Notes under the pieces: generated by a model
What the model was told of the DNA's origin: nothing
Seen by the model: only the letters and a program-made list of their open reading frames with translations
Database searches by the model: none
Shown here: positions 13,252 through 27,917 of the stretch, piece by piece
Layout: each line of letters begins with the position of its first letter
Numbering within the stretch: position 1 is the first letter of the stretch
Assembly (NCBI RefSeq): GCF_009914755.1
Contig: NC_060935.1
Source of the DNA: the human T2T-CHM13v2.0 reference genome, Homo sapiens
Length of the DNA: 64,000 nucleotides
Strand: one strand, 5' to 3'
Translations under genes and position numbers: made by a program

Positions 13252-13365
13252 TCTCTGTAAATGGGGCATAAAAAATCGGGTTGTTTTGAGGATTACAGAT
13301 AATGTTTATAAAGCACTTAGCTTACTACTCAGTACGTAATAAACTCTCAATAGATGATAAGTCTT
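13160..13365 (+). mobile_element. MIR SINE
   Basis: ctttggaatcaga...gagcaag...tttcttctctgtaaatgggg...gggttgttttgaggatta...taaagcacttag...ctcaatagatg. Confidence 0.7.
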
Positions 13366-14222
13366 ATGGCAATGTTTGACCTATGTAGACATTATTGAAG
13401 ACTGCTGTTTCCTAGGATTGTGTTAAGGAATGGCATAGACCTATCAAAACAGAGACGGGTAAAGGGAAAATTCTTACGTTTGAGGACTTTAATCATGTTG
13501 GAACAACTGTGAGGTGAATTTTTTAAAAAAAATTATTATGAGGCAATTTGAGAGCAATGCTGAAGGTTGAGGAGCACACATGACAAGGAAATAATCCAAC
13601 TGAATGAGATAAGGAAGGGTCTCCAGAGGATGAAGTGATGTATGGGCCAGGAGTACCCACTCAATCTGAGTAACTCTGACCTCCCCAGATATGTCAACTC
13701 CATCAATGGGAGTGAGAGGGCCCCCATACAATGGGAGTGAGCACATTTATCCCTGACAGGGGTCAAGGGAGAACCCATTCACACACCTCAGAGCCCAAGC
13801 TCACTAACCCAGCCTCTCTGTCACTGCAGGTTTGAGACCACCAGAACTCATCGTAATGAGGCTTTCCATTGCTGTTTTCATCCTCAGCTGCAAGAAGCCC
13901 CAGCATCGGTCACCTTTCGTCTCCCAAACTTTTATCTCCATATAGCAGAATCTCTTAGTCCTATCTTTAAATCCCTCCACTAAACCCTCTGGAATTCAGG
14001 ATTGATCATCTTCAAAATTGCCTATATCCTCTAAATGTACCCTTCACTTTTTTTGCTCTTACCAAAAACTGTTCCCATTCCTTCAAGGACTCTGCTTCCC
14101 ATTCAGCCCCTCTCAAGTGAAGATCTTTTTATTCTCCTCTAAGTCTGTACCACTAGGATGAGAGCTGGGTTTTGTCTTCTTACTCCCCATGGCCACTTGT
14201 AGACTATTCTCACACCCTACTT

Positions 14223-14510
14223 CAATGGTATGCCAGGGCTGGCTTGAACCTACACATGAGAGCTGATTGTGCCTATCTCTTCCCAGCTCTGTCTTTAACG
14301 ATATTCTATTACTACCTTGGAGGCACCAGGGTGTCATTTACATCATGGAAATTGGCAGACAAAAAATCAGAGCTGTTTTGTTCTCCAGAGAGAGCTGGTT
14401 GCTATTAGGTTGGTGAAAAAGTAATTGTGGTCTTTGCCACCGCTTTGAATGGCAAAAACCGCAATTAACTTTTGCATCAACCTAACACATATTTATGGGT
14501 ACTTTACTAC
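14223..14510 (-). mobile_element. MER63A (hAT-Blackjack) DNA transposon, split by MADE1
   Basis: gagagctgattgtgcctatctcttcccagctc...catttacatcatggaaattggcagac...aaatcagagct...ccagagagagctggttg matches reverse MER63A. Confidence 0.8.
14405..14485. mobile_element. MADE1 (Hsmar1-derived MITE), full length
   Basis: Palindromic ttaggttggtgaaaaagtaattgtgg...ccgcaattaacttttgcatcaacctaa; TA on the left, CA on the right. Confidence 0.95.
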
Positions 14511-15482
14511 CCCACTCCCTGAAAATTCCTACCTTTAGATTTCACCACCCGTCATTCCTAGTTTATTGTCCATTTTCTGCAATATTACTCTGTCTTAGCA
14601 CTTGTGTTATACACACATATATTCACATACATGCAGATATGAAAATGCATATATATGCACATACATATGTAAAACACATATGTAGAATCTATATGTAGAT
14701 AATCTTCCAAACACTCTGACCTATCATCTCTGTGACCTCAATCCTCTCTCCAAATGATTTTGTCTTCCACTCTACCTTAACCACTTTCTATCTAGATCTC
14801 CAAAGATATTATATTTTGTAACTGCAATATTTCTACGACCTCAAATTCATGCACCATCTCTCTGACCACAATATCTTAACTTTCCAGTTCACTCCCTCCA
14901 GCACTCCCAATACGAAAAATCCTTTGACCTCACCAAGTCTTCCTATTCCTTTATCTAAGAGCTTCATTTCTGTTCCTCACCCATTTGAAGTCCTGTGTTC
15001 CCTTTTTATATAGCTTAAATTCCACAGCAAACATATTAATCACTTCTTTGCATGCCAGCTTAACTTCCTGACCCTTCTCATTGTTTGCATAATTCACATG
15101 TCAAAACTCTTGTTTAATCCAATTCTGGACCTGCTCCATTCATGTGTGCAGCAGCTGACTGTGGATAGAGAAAAAAAAAACAATATACAATTCGACTGAT
15201 TAGTCTCCCTCTAAATCATGAGTGTGGACTCCAGGTTAGACCTTATTATTGTCAGACATATTTACACATCTGCAGTCCATTTACTTTCTGACTAACCTAG
15301 CAATTCTTCTCCCTCCTACATCATCAATTTTTCTTCTTTTATATTAAACTCCTCTCATTGGCATAATTTCTTATTTCTATTTCTTTCATAATAAAACAAA
15401 AACTCTTTGGAACTTAACTTCATCTTACAGCTAGCACTCTAGTTCTTAGCTGCCTTTGCATTCAAATTCTTTTAAAGAATTA

Positions 15483-15808
<326 letters not shown>

Positions 15809-16590
15809 ACAATTATCTGTATTTCTCTGGAATTTTTCCTCATTTTTAAACTACTCTACATGGACTTCTAGTCTCACTGTGTTCTCAGAGCTGCTTAAAT
15901 GAAGGTCATGTATGACACCCTTGTTGCCAGATCCAATGGGCAGTTCTCAGTACTGTTATCTTCCATGAGCTATCAGCAACATTTAAACAGTGAATCCCTG
16001 CCTCCTACATAATAAGTCAATGCATTCTTTGTTTTCCTCTCTACTTATTTTTGCTCTTCCTCAGTTCCCATTACTAAATAGTGCATTTCTCCCTGACCTT
16101 ATAATTCTGGAGACCCCTGGGGCTGAATCCTTTGTCTTCCTCCTTCTCTACCTGCCTTTACTTTCTTGGGAGACTTCTCTAGGTTCATGGATTTAAAGCC
16201 CATGTATGTGGCCATGACCCTCCAATTTGTAATTTCTGCCCATCGCCCTCTGCTGAACTCCAAACTCATATATAAACCACTTATTAAACAGGTTGGGTAT
16301 TTGATCTCAAAGCTAACATGCTGCAAACTGAACTGCTGCTCTTCATTGGGAAGTTTCTCAGGACAAAAAATTAGACTTATCCTTGTCCTTTGGTTTCAAT
16401 CTTACTCTATTTCCAACCCGTCATGAAACGCAGTAGACTCTATCTCCAAAATACATCCAGAACCTGACCATTTTTCTTGTTTCCACTAGACTCACTGCCA
16501 CTTTTTGCCTGGACTACTACAATAGCCCCTCAGTGTTCTCCCTGATTTCATCCTTGACCCTTGCAGCTCATTATTAAGTTAGTAGCCGGA

Positions 16591-17250
16591 ATAACAAACG
16601 CTGGTGAGGTAGCTGAGGAAAGGGAATTCTTATACACTGTTGGTGGGAATGTAAATTAGTTCAGCCATTGTCGAAAGCAGTTTGGTGATTTTTCAAAAAA
16701 TTTAAAACAGAACTACCATTTGACCCAGCAATCCCATTATTGGTTATACACCCAAAGGAATATAAATCATTCTACCATAAAGACACATGCATATATATGT
16801 TCACTGCAGCACTATTCACAATAGCAAAGTCATAGAATCAACAAAAATACCCATCAATGGTGGACTGGATAAAGAAAATGTGGCAGATATATACACTACA
16901 CAGACGTAAAGAAGAATGAGATCATGTCCTTTGCAGCAATATGGATGGTGTTGGAGGCCATTATCCCAAGCAAACTAATGCAGGATGAGAAAACCAAGTA
17001 CCACACATTCTGCCTTGTAAGTGGGAGCTAAACATTGATTACACATAACCACAAAGAAGGAAACAATAGACACTAAGGCCTACTTGTGGGTGGGGGATGG
17101 GAGAAATGTGAGGATCTTAAAACTACCTATTGGGTACCATGCTTATTATCTGGGTGATGAAATAGTCTGTACACCAAACCGGTGTGGCATGCAACTTACT
17201 TTTATAACAAACCTGCATACGTAACCCTGAACCTAAAATAAAAGTCAAAA
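16591..17250 (+). mobile_element. 5'-truncated older L1PA (L1PA15/16-like) 3' end
   Basis: catttgacccagcaatcccatta...; 3'UTR aaactacctattgggtac...aaacctgcatacgtaaccctgaacctaaaataaaagt; decayed TSD ttagtagcc/ttagcagcc. Confidence 0.88.
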
Positions 17251-17783
17251 CACAATTAGCAGCCTTTTAAAACATAATTCAGATCTTGCCACACCTCTTT
17301 AGTGGCTCCCTATTTCCAAAGTATAAGACAGATTCCTTCCCTTGGCCTGTAAGTTTCTTCTCGATTTGCCCGCATTTCTCTCTCTGACTTCATGTTTACT
17401 ATGCTTCCTTTAATTTCCTGGGTTCTCCTTGCTTACTAGAAGATATTGGGCATGAGTTCAACTTGGAGATTTTGTGTTGGATGTTCTCTCTGCCTGGAAT
17501 GCTGTTCCCACAATATCCTCCATGCTACCATTTTCTCCTGAAAGTTTATGCTCAAGTTTTGAGTTCTCAGTAGGGTCTACTCACTCATCCTACTCACAAT
17601 GACTACCCAGCCCTCCCCAGTCCTGTGTCAGGCAAGTTCATTGCCCATACCCTGCTCTCTCTCTTGTTTTTTCTTTTTCCCCATGCTACTTATAATATTC
17701 TATTATACTAGATAATTACCATATTTATTACATTTATTGTCTGTGTCTCCCTGCTACAATGTTACCTCCAAAAGGACAGGAAG

Positions 17784-17784
<1 letters not shown>

Positions 17785-17822
<38 letters not shown>
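17785..17822. repeat. (TG)n microsatellite
   Basis: About 19 uninterrupted TG units. Confidence 0.97.
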
Positions 17823-17824
<2 letters not shown>

Positions 17825-19639
17825 TGTATGTGTGTTTTCACTCTAACTTGTGTCTGATGTATTCCACATATCTTCTGGAAATTGTTTGGCATATGGTAGA
17901 CTCTCAAAAATATTATCTGAATGAATAAATAGCTCAAATGAAAACTTTTAAAAATACATAGGGGTTAGGAAAAGCTATCTCTTTAAATCTCAAATTTTTT
18001 TTCTGTCCTTCAGCTATTTTATTATTTAGAAATGTCACTGCCTTTCTTTATGCCACAATAAAATCCATGTTAGGAGCTACATCTCAGGCTATTTTTTTTT
18101 CTTTTTCTATTTGTCCAAATTGCTGTTACCAAATTTCCCGGCTCCTCAGAATGAAAATGATTTTTTAAAATCCTGCCAGCATCTATTGGATACTAGTGAC
18201 TTTCAATTATATGTTAGAGAAACTAAACTTCACTGAAAATCAGTTTACTCAGTTGTAAATGGGGCATAATATCTACCCAACCTTTTTTTGAAAAATTAAA
18301 AGAAAAACAATTTGTGACATAAATTAGGCACTATATAGAAGTTAATAATTGAACAGTTACACATTAGGTGAGTGAATAAATGGGTGAATACATTGCTTAG
18401 TCAGCACAACTAAAATATGCCCTTGCTTATAAACCTTTTTGAAAATTTCATTGGAAAATAAATTAAATATTTAAAAAACATTTTTATTAAAATTGTTTTT
18501 TATCTTAAATAAAGTAAAAGCCAAGAGGTATTTCTCACTATGTTTACATAACATAAGCTAGATACTTACACATTAGATGACAATATCTTGGTGAAATATG
18601 AAAAATGTGTTTGTATTTCTGACAGAAAACATCCAGTTTGGTAGACACCCAAGAAAAACCATGCACATGTTCAATGACTGCATGTTATGTTGATTTTATC
18701 CATATAAAATAGGTGTGGTGATATGAGAGGTGAAAGAGAGTCATACATTTTTCTGTATGGTTTTTAATCTAATCAATGTTTTGTTCTATAGCCCAGATGG
18801 TTTGCTTTTTACTCTCCTTAATGCATGCCATAAAAGAGGAATTCTATAATATTCTAGAAAATTGAATTATATGACATTGACTAGTAGATAAAATGGCATT
18901 AAGATGGTTAGACGGCATTGCTAGGTGCTCACCCCTTACCCCCAGTTCAACGATGTAGACCTTGACACTATAGAGTTGAAATGTCTGATAATTACATGTC
19001 AGGTGAAAGTGGAATCTTCTGTACTATTCAGTCCATCTAGTTTATTAGGTCCCATCTCAAACATGCACAATGAGGTTAAGATCTAAAAATAGCAGCCTTG
19101 TACCTACTGATCCTCATGACAGCTCTTGAAGAGTTAGATCCAAAGAATGTTTTAATTACTTTCATATCACATTTACTTGCTCTATTTGGGTGCACCCTGA
19201 TATTCAGACCTTTCCATTATGAGGTCAAGGACACCTGGCAAACAACGGTGTGTAAATGCAGGAGGTTGTCATGGAATACCAAGGAAGCAAAGAGTCTATA
19301 ATAATGATAAAGCCATGATAAGCTCATCATCAAAAAGACTGTGAAAGTTCTAACAGGTGCCCAAGAAGGCTCAACTGAGAGCAACTCAAGGCAAGGAAAA
19401 GGGCTAAATCTTGATTCCTTCATTTCACCACATATAAAAAGGTAATAATAATAAATATGCTGCTTGGGAAGCAAATTGGACAGGAAGTGTGAAAGAATTT
19501 AGATAAACATCTGTTATATAAACATACGGAGCACAAATCATAGCAACAATACAAAGCAGTTTTTCTGTGTACATATGTGCCAGCTCTCATCATAGAAGAT
19601 TAAACAATTAAATTAGTTTGACCTCTCTAACTTGACAGG

Positions 19640-19885
19640 TAGGGTAGTGTGGTAAAGAAAATAATGAATTTGCAGTTAGACTAACCTGTTTAGAGTCCTT
19701 GTCCTAACATTTCCTATGTGTGTGCTTTTGTGTAAGTGGCTTAAATTCTTCCTTTTAAAGAAAACAAAGATGATGTAGCATAGAAACAAATACATATACA
19801 TCAATCACAGTGTGGTTGTGAGGTTAAATGATATAATGCATGTAAATACACCCTGCATAGTAAGTGCTCACTAAGTGCCACTAAT
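19640..19885 (+). mobile_element. MIR SINE
   Basis: agggtagtgtggtaaag...gtggttgtgaggttaaatgatataatgcatgtaaa...catagtaagtgctcactaa. Confidence 0.7.
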
Positions 19886-20007
19886 CTTAGGCACTGGTCT
19901 AAGAAGTATATTTCATAGTCAACAATTCTGTCTTCACAGATCTTCCCAGTAAGGACTGCAGTAGCTTGGTATTTTGTCATTCATAACCAACTCAGGTTGC
20001 TAGAATA

Positions 20008-20620
<613 letters not shown>

Positions 20621-20949
20621 TTTCTTTCAGCTTATCCCTTAGCAAGTATGATAGTCTAGATTGGAGCAAAGGCCAGGAAACAGCAAGACCCAAACTTTTA
20701 TGGATGCTAGAAGGCTTCCCTGCTCTGCTGAAAATGTTGGCATCTTTTGTACAGTGCAAATCTAACAGGAGAGATCCACGGTGGAAACACAGATGGAAAA
20801 AGCCTGGATGAGGTGTGATGTGGGGAGTGGGGGCATGTTTTCCTAGCTTCCTGTAGCTTATGATCCTACGTTCCTGTGTTGGAAAAGGAGTTTCTCACAT
20901 CTTACATTATATATTTTTTCAATGGTTCCCTTTGCTTTATAAACCTCCA

Positions 20950-21464
20950 AAAGCTCCCTATTGCCTTCAAGATGAAGTCCAAACTTTGTATTTTGTTAGT
21001 GCAGGATGCACCCTGGAACTGCCCGTGTTTTCAGTCGTATTCACCACATCCCCTCTATTTCCTCACACACACACAATCTGCCCACCACAGGGGCAGTGAT
21101 GTTTCATAATCACTGCTGACACTTCAGACGGCCACACCTTGCTGCTGTAAAACCACTTAGTATATATGCAAGGCACCTGAAAAGTTAGTAAACTCAATGC
21201 TTATTTCAGATATCATCTACTCTAATGAAGGTTTTTCCTGCTCCCCCTGGAAGAACTAATTCTTCTCTTTTCCTACACTGAAGAGTCTTTATTTCAACTA
21301 TTGCATGGATCATTGTAATTAGCTGTTTCAACGACTGTCTCTCTCAGTAGAATGTGAGCTATTCCAGAGGAAGGACCACGTCTCATTCATCTAAATATCT
21401 CCACTGCTCAGCGATTTACTTGCATCATAATCAGTTCTCAATAAATGTTTACAGAATAGAATGA
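20950..21464 (+). mobile_element. L2 3' fragment
   Basis: ctccctattgccttcaagatgaagtccaaact ... agaatgtgagct...aggaaggaccacgtctcattcatct...ctcaataaatgttt. Confidence 0.7.
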
Positions 21465-22624
21465 GATTAGTTATATCATAAGTATATTGGGGGGAATGAT
21501 ACATCCTTCATAACTTTCTGAAGAGCAAGCAGTAAAGATGTTGTAACAATTATTTTTAAAAAGTACACTGGACAAGTATCCAAAGAGAAAAGCAGGCACT
21601 GGGAATTTGGCAGGATAACTTTTCAATGTATTATTTAATTGGGGCTAGTTACAACAGTATAGTGATTAAAACACAAGGTGGGCTTTGTGAGTCTCAGACA
21701 TAGGCTGGAATTATATCACCACTCACTTAATAGCTGTGAGACTTCTGGCTAGATATATACGTTTTCTACTCACTTTGGTCAGCTCTGAAATGGGCAAAGT
21801 GATACTAAATGGAAGGCTGGGGCAGGGGTAAAGGACTATGTGATAACGAACTATTAAATTCTTAATATACATCCTGGCCCCCACTAAGAACTTTATGTAA
21901 TAATTTCACATATTCTCTTCCCTCCAAAAAAAAAATAACAACAAAAGATGAGTGATACGATATAGAATCCCAGTATGTAACATAATACAAAGGAAAAAAA
22001 GCATCTGTTTTGGATTCAGGTGAATCTGTCCTCTCTAGGGGTATGACTTTGGGCACGGAGATGTGGAGCAAAGTATTCACTCAAATCAGAATATGGAATG
22101 GGGCAGAGCTGCAGAAGCTACTGCCATTCCCAGGAATAATAAGCTAAGGGGGTATCCGACACCTTTAAGTGCTAGTGTGGGTGAGCAAAGACTCCTGAGC
22201 TTGGCACTTGAAAGATCTTTGAGTGAAAACATAATTAGACACTTTGCATAAACAGCAATAGGAGTCTATATAACACTCCAGCGAGGACTAATGTGAGGGA
22301 GGAACATGCACTTTGCAGAGAGAATCTGAGGTCTTGGCCCTCACCAAGAATAAGAGGAGGAGGACAGAAGACTGTATGAGGATAATTTATTTCATTATTT
22401 CTGAAAAAAGTAAAAGAAATGCTTTCACCAGGTCCTTAAGTGAGGAATAATATAACACAAATTGAAATTCGATCTTCTTCACATAGGATTTACCTATACA
22501 ACTAAGTCTCTTCTAAGTATCCTTCCCCAAATCTTCAAGATTGTATGCCTCATATGGGCTAGGTATGCCTCATATGGGCACCAGTGTGTCTTCTCCCTTT
22601 GGCTTGTTTATTCAATAACTTTGT

Positions 22625-23540
22625 ATTTATCGTTTATTCTTTAAGAAGTAAATTCTTATTTGTGCATCTCTGAATTACCAGGCATGGCTGCTAGGCAGTA
22701 GGGATATACAGGTAAACAAAACAGACATTGTTTCTGTCTTCAGGCCTCTTTGTTCCAGGGGAGGAGAAATACAATGAATCAATACAACTTGTTGATTTGA
22801 ATCAACAAATCAATAAATAAGAGACATATAGATTGTGATGAGTGCAATGAAGGAAATGTAGTGGTGGTTGAGATGGAAGCTAACTGAGGTGGGCAACTTC
22901 AGATAGCGTAGTAACAGAAGACCTTTGTACAGAGATGCCAGGTGAGCTGAGATCTCAAGAATGGGAAAAGGTCAGCTATTTGCAGAGCTAGAAGAGCATT
23001 CCTGATGGTGGATAGCAGGGTCAAGGGCCTGAGTGCAAAATAGCTGACTGCATATAAGACACTGAGAGGTTGGCGAGGCTAGAATAGATGGATTGAAGAT
23101 CATGGTCCAAATTGGTCTTCTTTACATCTCCCTAGAACACTGCCTTAGGCTTATTTATATTTTGGTAGGTTATATGTCATATGCCAACAGAGAACAGTGA
23201 GACTGCAAAAGAGGGAATGTCTTTTGGAGGAGTTGAGAAAGACTTCAGAGGGGAGTCACGTCTTAGGGAGATGAGGAGTCAGTCACAAAGTTTGGCAGAG
23301 CAGAAAGGAAAAGAAGGAAAATAACTGATATGATTAGAAGAAACAGCCTGTAAAAGATCATAAGAATGGTCACTACAGGAAAGGAAGAGATGCTCAGAGT
23401 GGCTGAAGTGTGGGAATACAGAGCCCACAAGGAACAAGAGGAGCGGCAAGAGAAAGAACTGGTTGAGGTCAGATAATGACATATTATTCACCCTAGTAAG
23501 AAAAATTGCTTCATCCTTCATCTACCAGGGAGTTGGTTAT
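22625..23540 (-). mobile_element. L2 fragments
   Basis: ccaggcatggctgctaggcagtagggatatacaggtaaacaaaacagacat...tgagctgagatctcaagaatg...agagcattcc. Confidence 0.65.
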
Positions 23541-24319
23541 AGTACATACTATTTAAAACATGATTTCTCATTAAAATAACCCTGAAAAGGAAACATATTA
23601 GGTTTCAGGAAAGCTAATAGGGAGTCATCCTCTGTTTTTGTAAATCTGTGTCATTGGCCAGGTACCTGCACATATCGCTGTAGTGGGGGTCCTCAATCCT
23701 GTTACTACTATTCAATATTTCTAGAGCTCAGCACATCAGAGAGATTATGGACTTGGTCCAGAGCTTCTGTGGCTCTCTGCTCTTTATCACACACGAAGTC
23801 ATTATAAATTGTCCATGCAGAAGGAAGAGCTGTGCCGTCTCCCTTCCACTGATCACTTTTAGTAACACACATACACACTGCTCTGCTTTTTCGCCAACTC
23901 ACTGCAGGACAGAGGAATAAATACATAATGGAACATGCAAAGTCTGCTTGCTTCTTCGGTGAACACAAAGCACATACTGGTGACTCTTCTCCATTATTTC
24001 TTTTATTCTGTGTTTTTGTTTGACTGCCAAGGAAGGGAATAACAGACATGAGACCCACAGATGGTACTCTGATATCTAATCAGCCTTCATAACTCTGCCC
24101 ACCCCAAAACTACAGATGTTCTGAAAGACATGGATAGGATACTGGAAAAATTCTTAAAAGAATAAAAGGAAAAAATAAGGCTCTGGCAGATGTTAGGCTT
24201 GGGGGTTGGAGTTCACAGTTCTTTTAAAAGCAAATTCAGCATTAACGTAGCTAGAATAAAAATAACATTGCACTTAATGTAGTATTTAGTATTTTAATAA
24301 AATCATCTACTCTGCCCTG

Positions 24320-24560
24320 GGAGCAATATGGTGTGCTGGTTAATAACATGTCTCTCGGAATAAGCCAACCATGAATGGATTCCAGGCTTGGTTTCGCCAT
24401 TTACTAGTTGTAACACGTTGAACAAATTTCTGAAGATCACTTAACTTCAATTTCTCGATCTGTAAACTAGTATATGATAATAATACCTACCTCAAGAGTT
24501 GTCCCAAGGGTTAACCAAGATGATGTGTCTCATGCAGTCCTTGTAATAGGATGGTGATGA
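24320..24560 (+). mobile_element. MIR SINE
   Basis: gccatttactagttgtaac...caatttctcgatctgtaaa...ataataatacctacctcaagagttgt. Confidence 0.7.
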
Positions 24561-25826
24561 ACACCATCCTTTCTCTACTCTCTCTAGTCCTCTCATTGAG
24601 GGCTCCGCCTGGTAGCACAGCAGTAAAGGATCCTAGGCCCATATGTTATGGCACTCTCCTTGCATCCTACCCAGGCATTTCATCTCAGATGGGAATTTCA
24701 ATGGGAGAAGTGAAAAGGGATATGGGAAAACTATTTTTTTCTTTCTATTCTGCTTTCTTATGGCATTTTGATTGGTAAGACTTGAAGTTTCATTTGAGAG
24801 CAGAAAATGCTTTCTCTCTAGAGTGTCTTCAACCCTGGACAGGAAAAGGATATCTGAGTCATGAGATGATTCAAGATTCACGGCTTTAGGGGGAAAAATA
24901 ACATGGGATTTCTTTTGGTTTCTTTCAGTCCACGTAAGCAGGTGTTGCAAACATGTAAGGATTACAAGTAAAAGAATTAATCCAGAGCGGTAGATGAATT
25001 TTGCAGGAAGAACACTTTGCTTTGCATCTCTGGAGTTCAAGGACTGGCAGTTCCACAAATCAAGCACAGAGTTGAGAACCAACATCACTGTATCAGATAC
25101 TTTACTTTCCCACACATGTTCCTGGCCATTTGATTATTCAGCCCATGTTTAATTACTTCATTCACTCAAGTCATAATCATGTATTGAGCTATAAATTAGC
25201 CCTAGGGATAAAGAAATTTTAAAACCTCAATCTTTGCCCTCAGCATGCTCAGTCTTCATGAAGGAAAAGAACATAAACAGATTTTTTATAAGAAAAGTAC
25301 ATGACATTATGAAAACACAGAGAGGAACAAAAAGAAGGAACACATCCACTGATATGAAACATACTATGGTACTGAGGGAGAACTCACCTGTCACACACAG
25401 AACGTCAGCTTCATGAATGACATAGTGAGATTGTTTCTTGTTCACACTGAGGCCAGCTTGACCCTGTGACACTGAAGCTATAGAATGAGTGATAGCAAAG
25501 GAATCTGCTGGGCCAGAAAGGCTAGAGGGAGGGATGCTAAAAATTCTAGCCTCTGTCATCTCACCAAAGCTCTTCTGTTCAGTTGGCATTATTCTGCTAT
25601 CTCCAATTGACCATGTAAAAGAGGAATTTAAAGCTAATTAGCATGCAATAACTTTCCTCCTTGCTCTTTTAAAATCTAAATTGAATACTCATGAGGGGGC
25701 CTGTTCTGAAGAAGCTAATAAGAGCACCATGGTAATAATTAATACTACATTCACTGATATATGTCATTGTTGTGTCTTTCTATTAACTGGGTATTTTTTA
25801 ATTGAAAAGGCATTAAGCTGGGTCTA

Positions 25827-25830
<4 letters not shown>

Positions 25831-25858
<28 letters not shown>
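25831..25858. repeat. (GT)n microsatellite
   Basis: About 14 GT units. Confidence 0.95.
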
Positions 25859-25863
<5 letters not shown>

Positions 25864-25899
25864 GGTAGAAAAAAAAAACCACTATCAGCAACAGTGAGT

Positions 25900-26330
25900 T
25901 CCTATAACTGTCACTCATTGAAATGGATTTTATTATGGGACCACTAACATCAACTGCATGTTTTCCATGTGCCAGGCACTTTGTTAGACACTGAGGATAC
26001 AGAAAAAAAAATATGGTTCATGACCTCTAAATCAAACTATAAATATGTAACTTTAAGGTAAGAACAAAGTGCTGAGAGAACACAAAGGAGCAAGATTTGG
26101 GAGCAAGTCAGGGCTAATAGGGTGTATGGGAATTAATCTGTTAAAGAAGGAAGGAAGTGGGATGATTATGGCCTCCAAATATGAGAAACTGCTAAAGCAA
26201 AGGCATACAATTATGAAGCAATGTGATGAAATCACTTGTAACCCTTTTGCTAATAATAAAGGGTCAAGTGTAAGTCAACAAGTGGCAGAAAAGGCGGTTG
26301 GAGATGTAGGCTTGGCATTCGTTACTACAC
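25900..26330 (-). mobile_element. L2 fragment
   Basis: ccatgtgccaggcactttgttagacactgaggatacag...aagtgctgagagaacacaaagga. Confidence 0.6.
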
Positions 26331-27068
26331 ATTAGCCTCAGAGTATTCCTGGGAGCTAAGAACCATTCTTCTCTTACAGGTGAGGAAACCAGGGCCAGAA
26401 AAAAATAAGTGACTTGACTTAGATTTCACCTATTAAATGAGGGAGTCAGAGTTAGGTACAAGTTCTTCCTAACCCTAAATCCTTTCTTCTTTTCATATCT
26501 CATGATGCCTGGATGTAAAACAGCCAGTCTGACTCTGAAACATGAGGTGTTTATGTTGCAATGCTGAAGCAAAACATCAAAGTTTTAGCCTGAATAAAAA
26601 TGTGATTATTCTTTTCTTCAACACTGAGGGTTATCACTAAAAAGACACTTTATATTTCTAAAGGATGGGATCATTTTAATCCTTGAAAAGCCTCTGAATG
26701 GATTAGTAGTGGATACATAGAATCATAAAATTAAGAATTATAACAGCCCCCAAAATGTATTTCCATTTGTAGTCTTGACCTTTTTTTTAAAGAACCTAGG
26801 GCAATTTAAAATAAAAAAGACACAAGAAGTTAAAATGAGCACGTAATCAATCAGCTGTGATATGTAGTAAATATGCCAAACCAAATCTGACTCAGAAAGG
26901 GAAACATTTACAGTTATTTTACACAAAGTTCTCCATCAATTCTTCTCTATATATTCTATTCTATCAACTGAGTCATCAACATGTCAAAAGTGGGGAAGGA
27001 AGGGGAACATTTTCAGTTGAAAGTGAGCACATTTACTTTCTACCTTCTCCACTTACCTAGGTATCTAA

Positions 27069-27377
<309 letters not shown>

Positions 27378-27917
27378 TAGAGGACTTCTTAGAGCTCCAC
27401 CCTGAACTTCCAAAATCCTAAACTCAAAAGTTTATACAACTAGTAAAACTAGTAAAACTTCCTACTAGTAAAACTGAGGAGGAAGCCCATGATGGAGAAG
27501 GTTGGCCTTCCAGTTGCCTTGCTTGGGAGCTTAGGTAGAGAATAGAAGATAAGAGATGAAGTTTTCTGTCTTTGTTCATTGGGTTTGGACAATTTTCATG
27601 TTTTTAATATTTCTAAAGTTCAGTTGCACCTTAAAATTGGTAATGCCTTACCTTCACTTCTCCCCCAAAAATATTTTTGAGGTGTCTCAAAGTTGACAGA
27701 CCCTTAGGATCCCAGAAATATGATCATATATGTCTCATACCTATATGTATTCTAGGAAATGTTGATCTAGACCAGCCTCGTTTGTTTTACTTTTCTGCCA
27801 ATCAATCTAAAACTTATAAAACTTGTAAAATAAAGTCTACTCAATCTTACCTTTTTCATCAACATTGCTAAAAATGATATATTTTTAAAAGTTTTTTTTT
27901 TACTTATCAGAAACTTG

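Noticed and set aside
24633-25115. 160-aa minus ORF (also 23708-24058, 40597-41007, 56795-57238)
   Set aside because: Non-ATG starts, no recognisable domain, several overlap L2/MER5 fossils.
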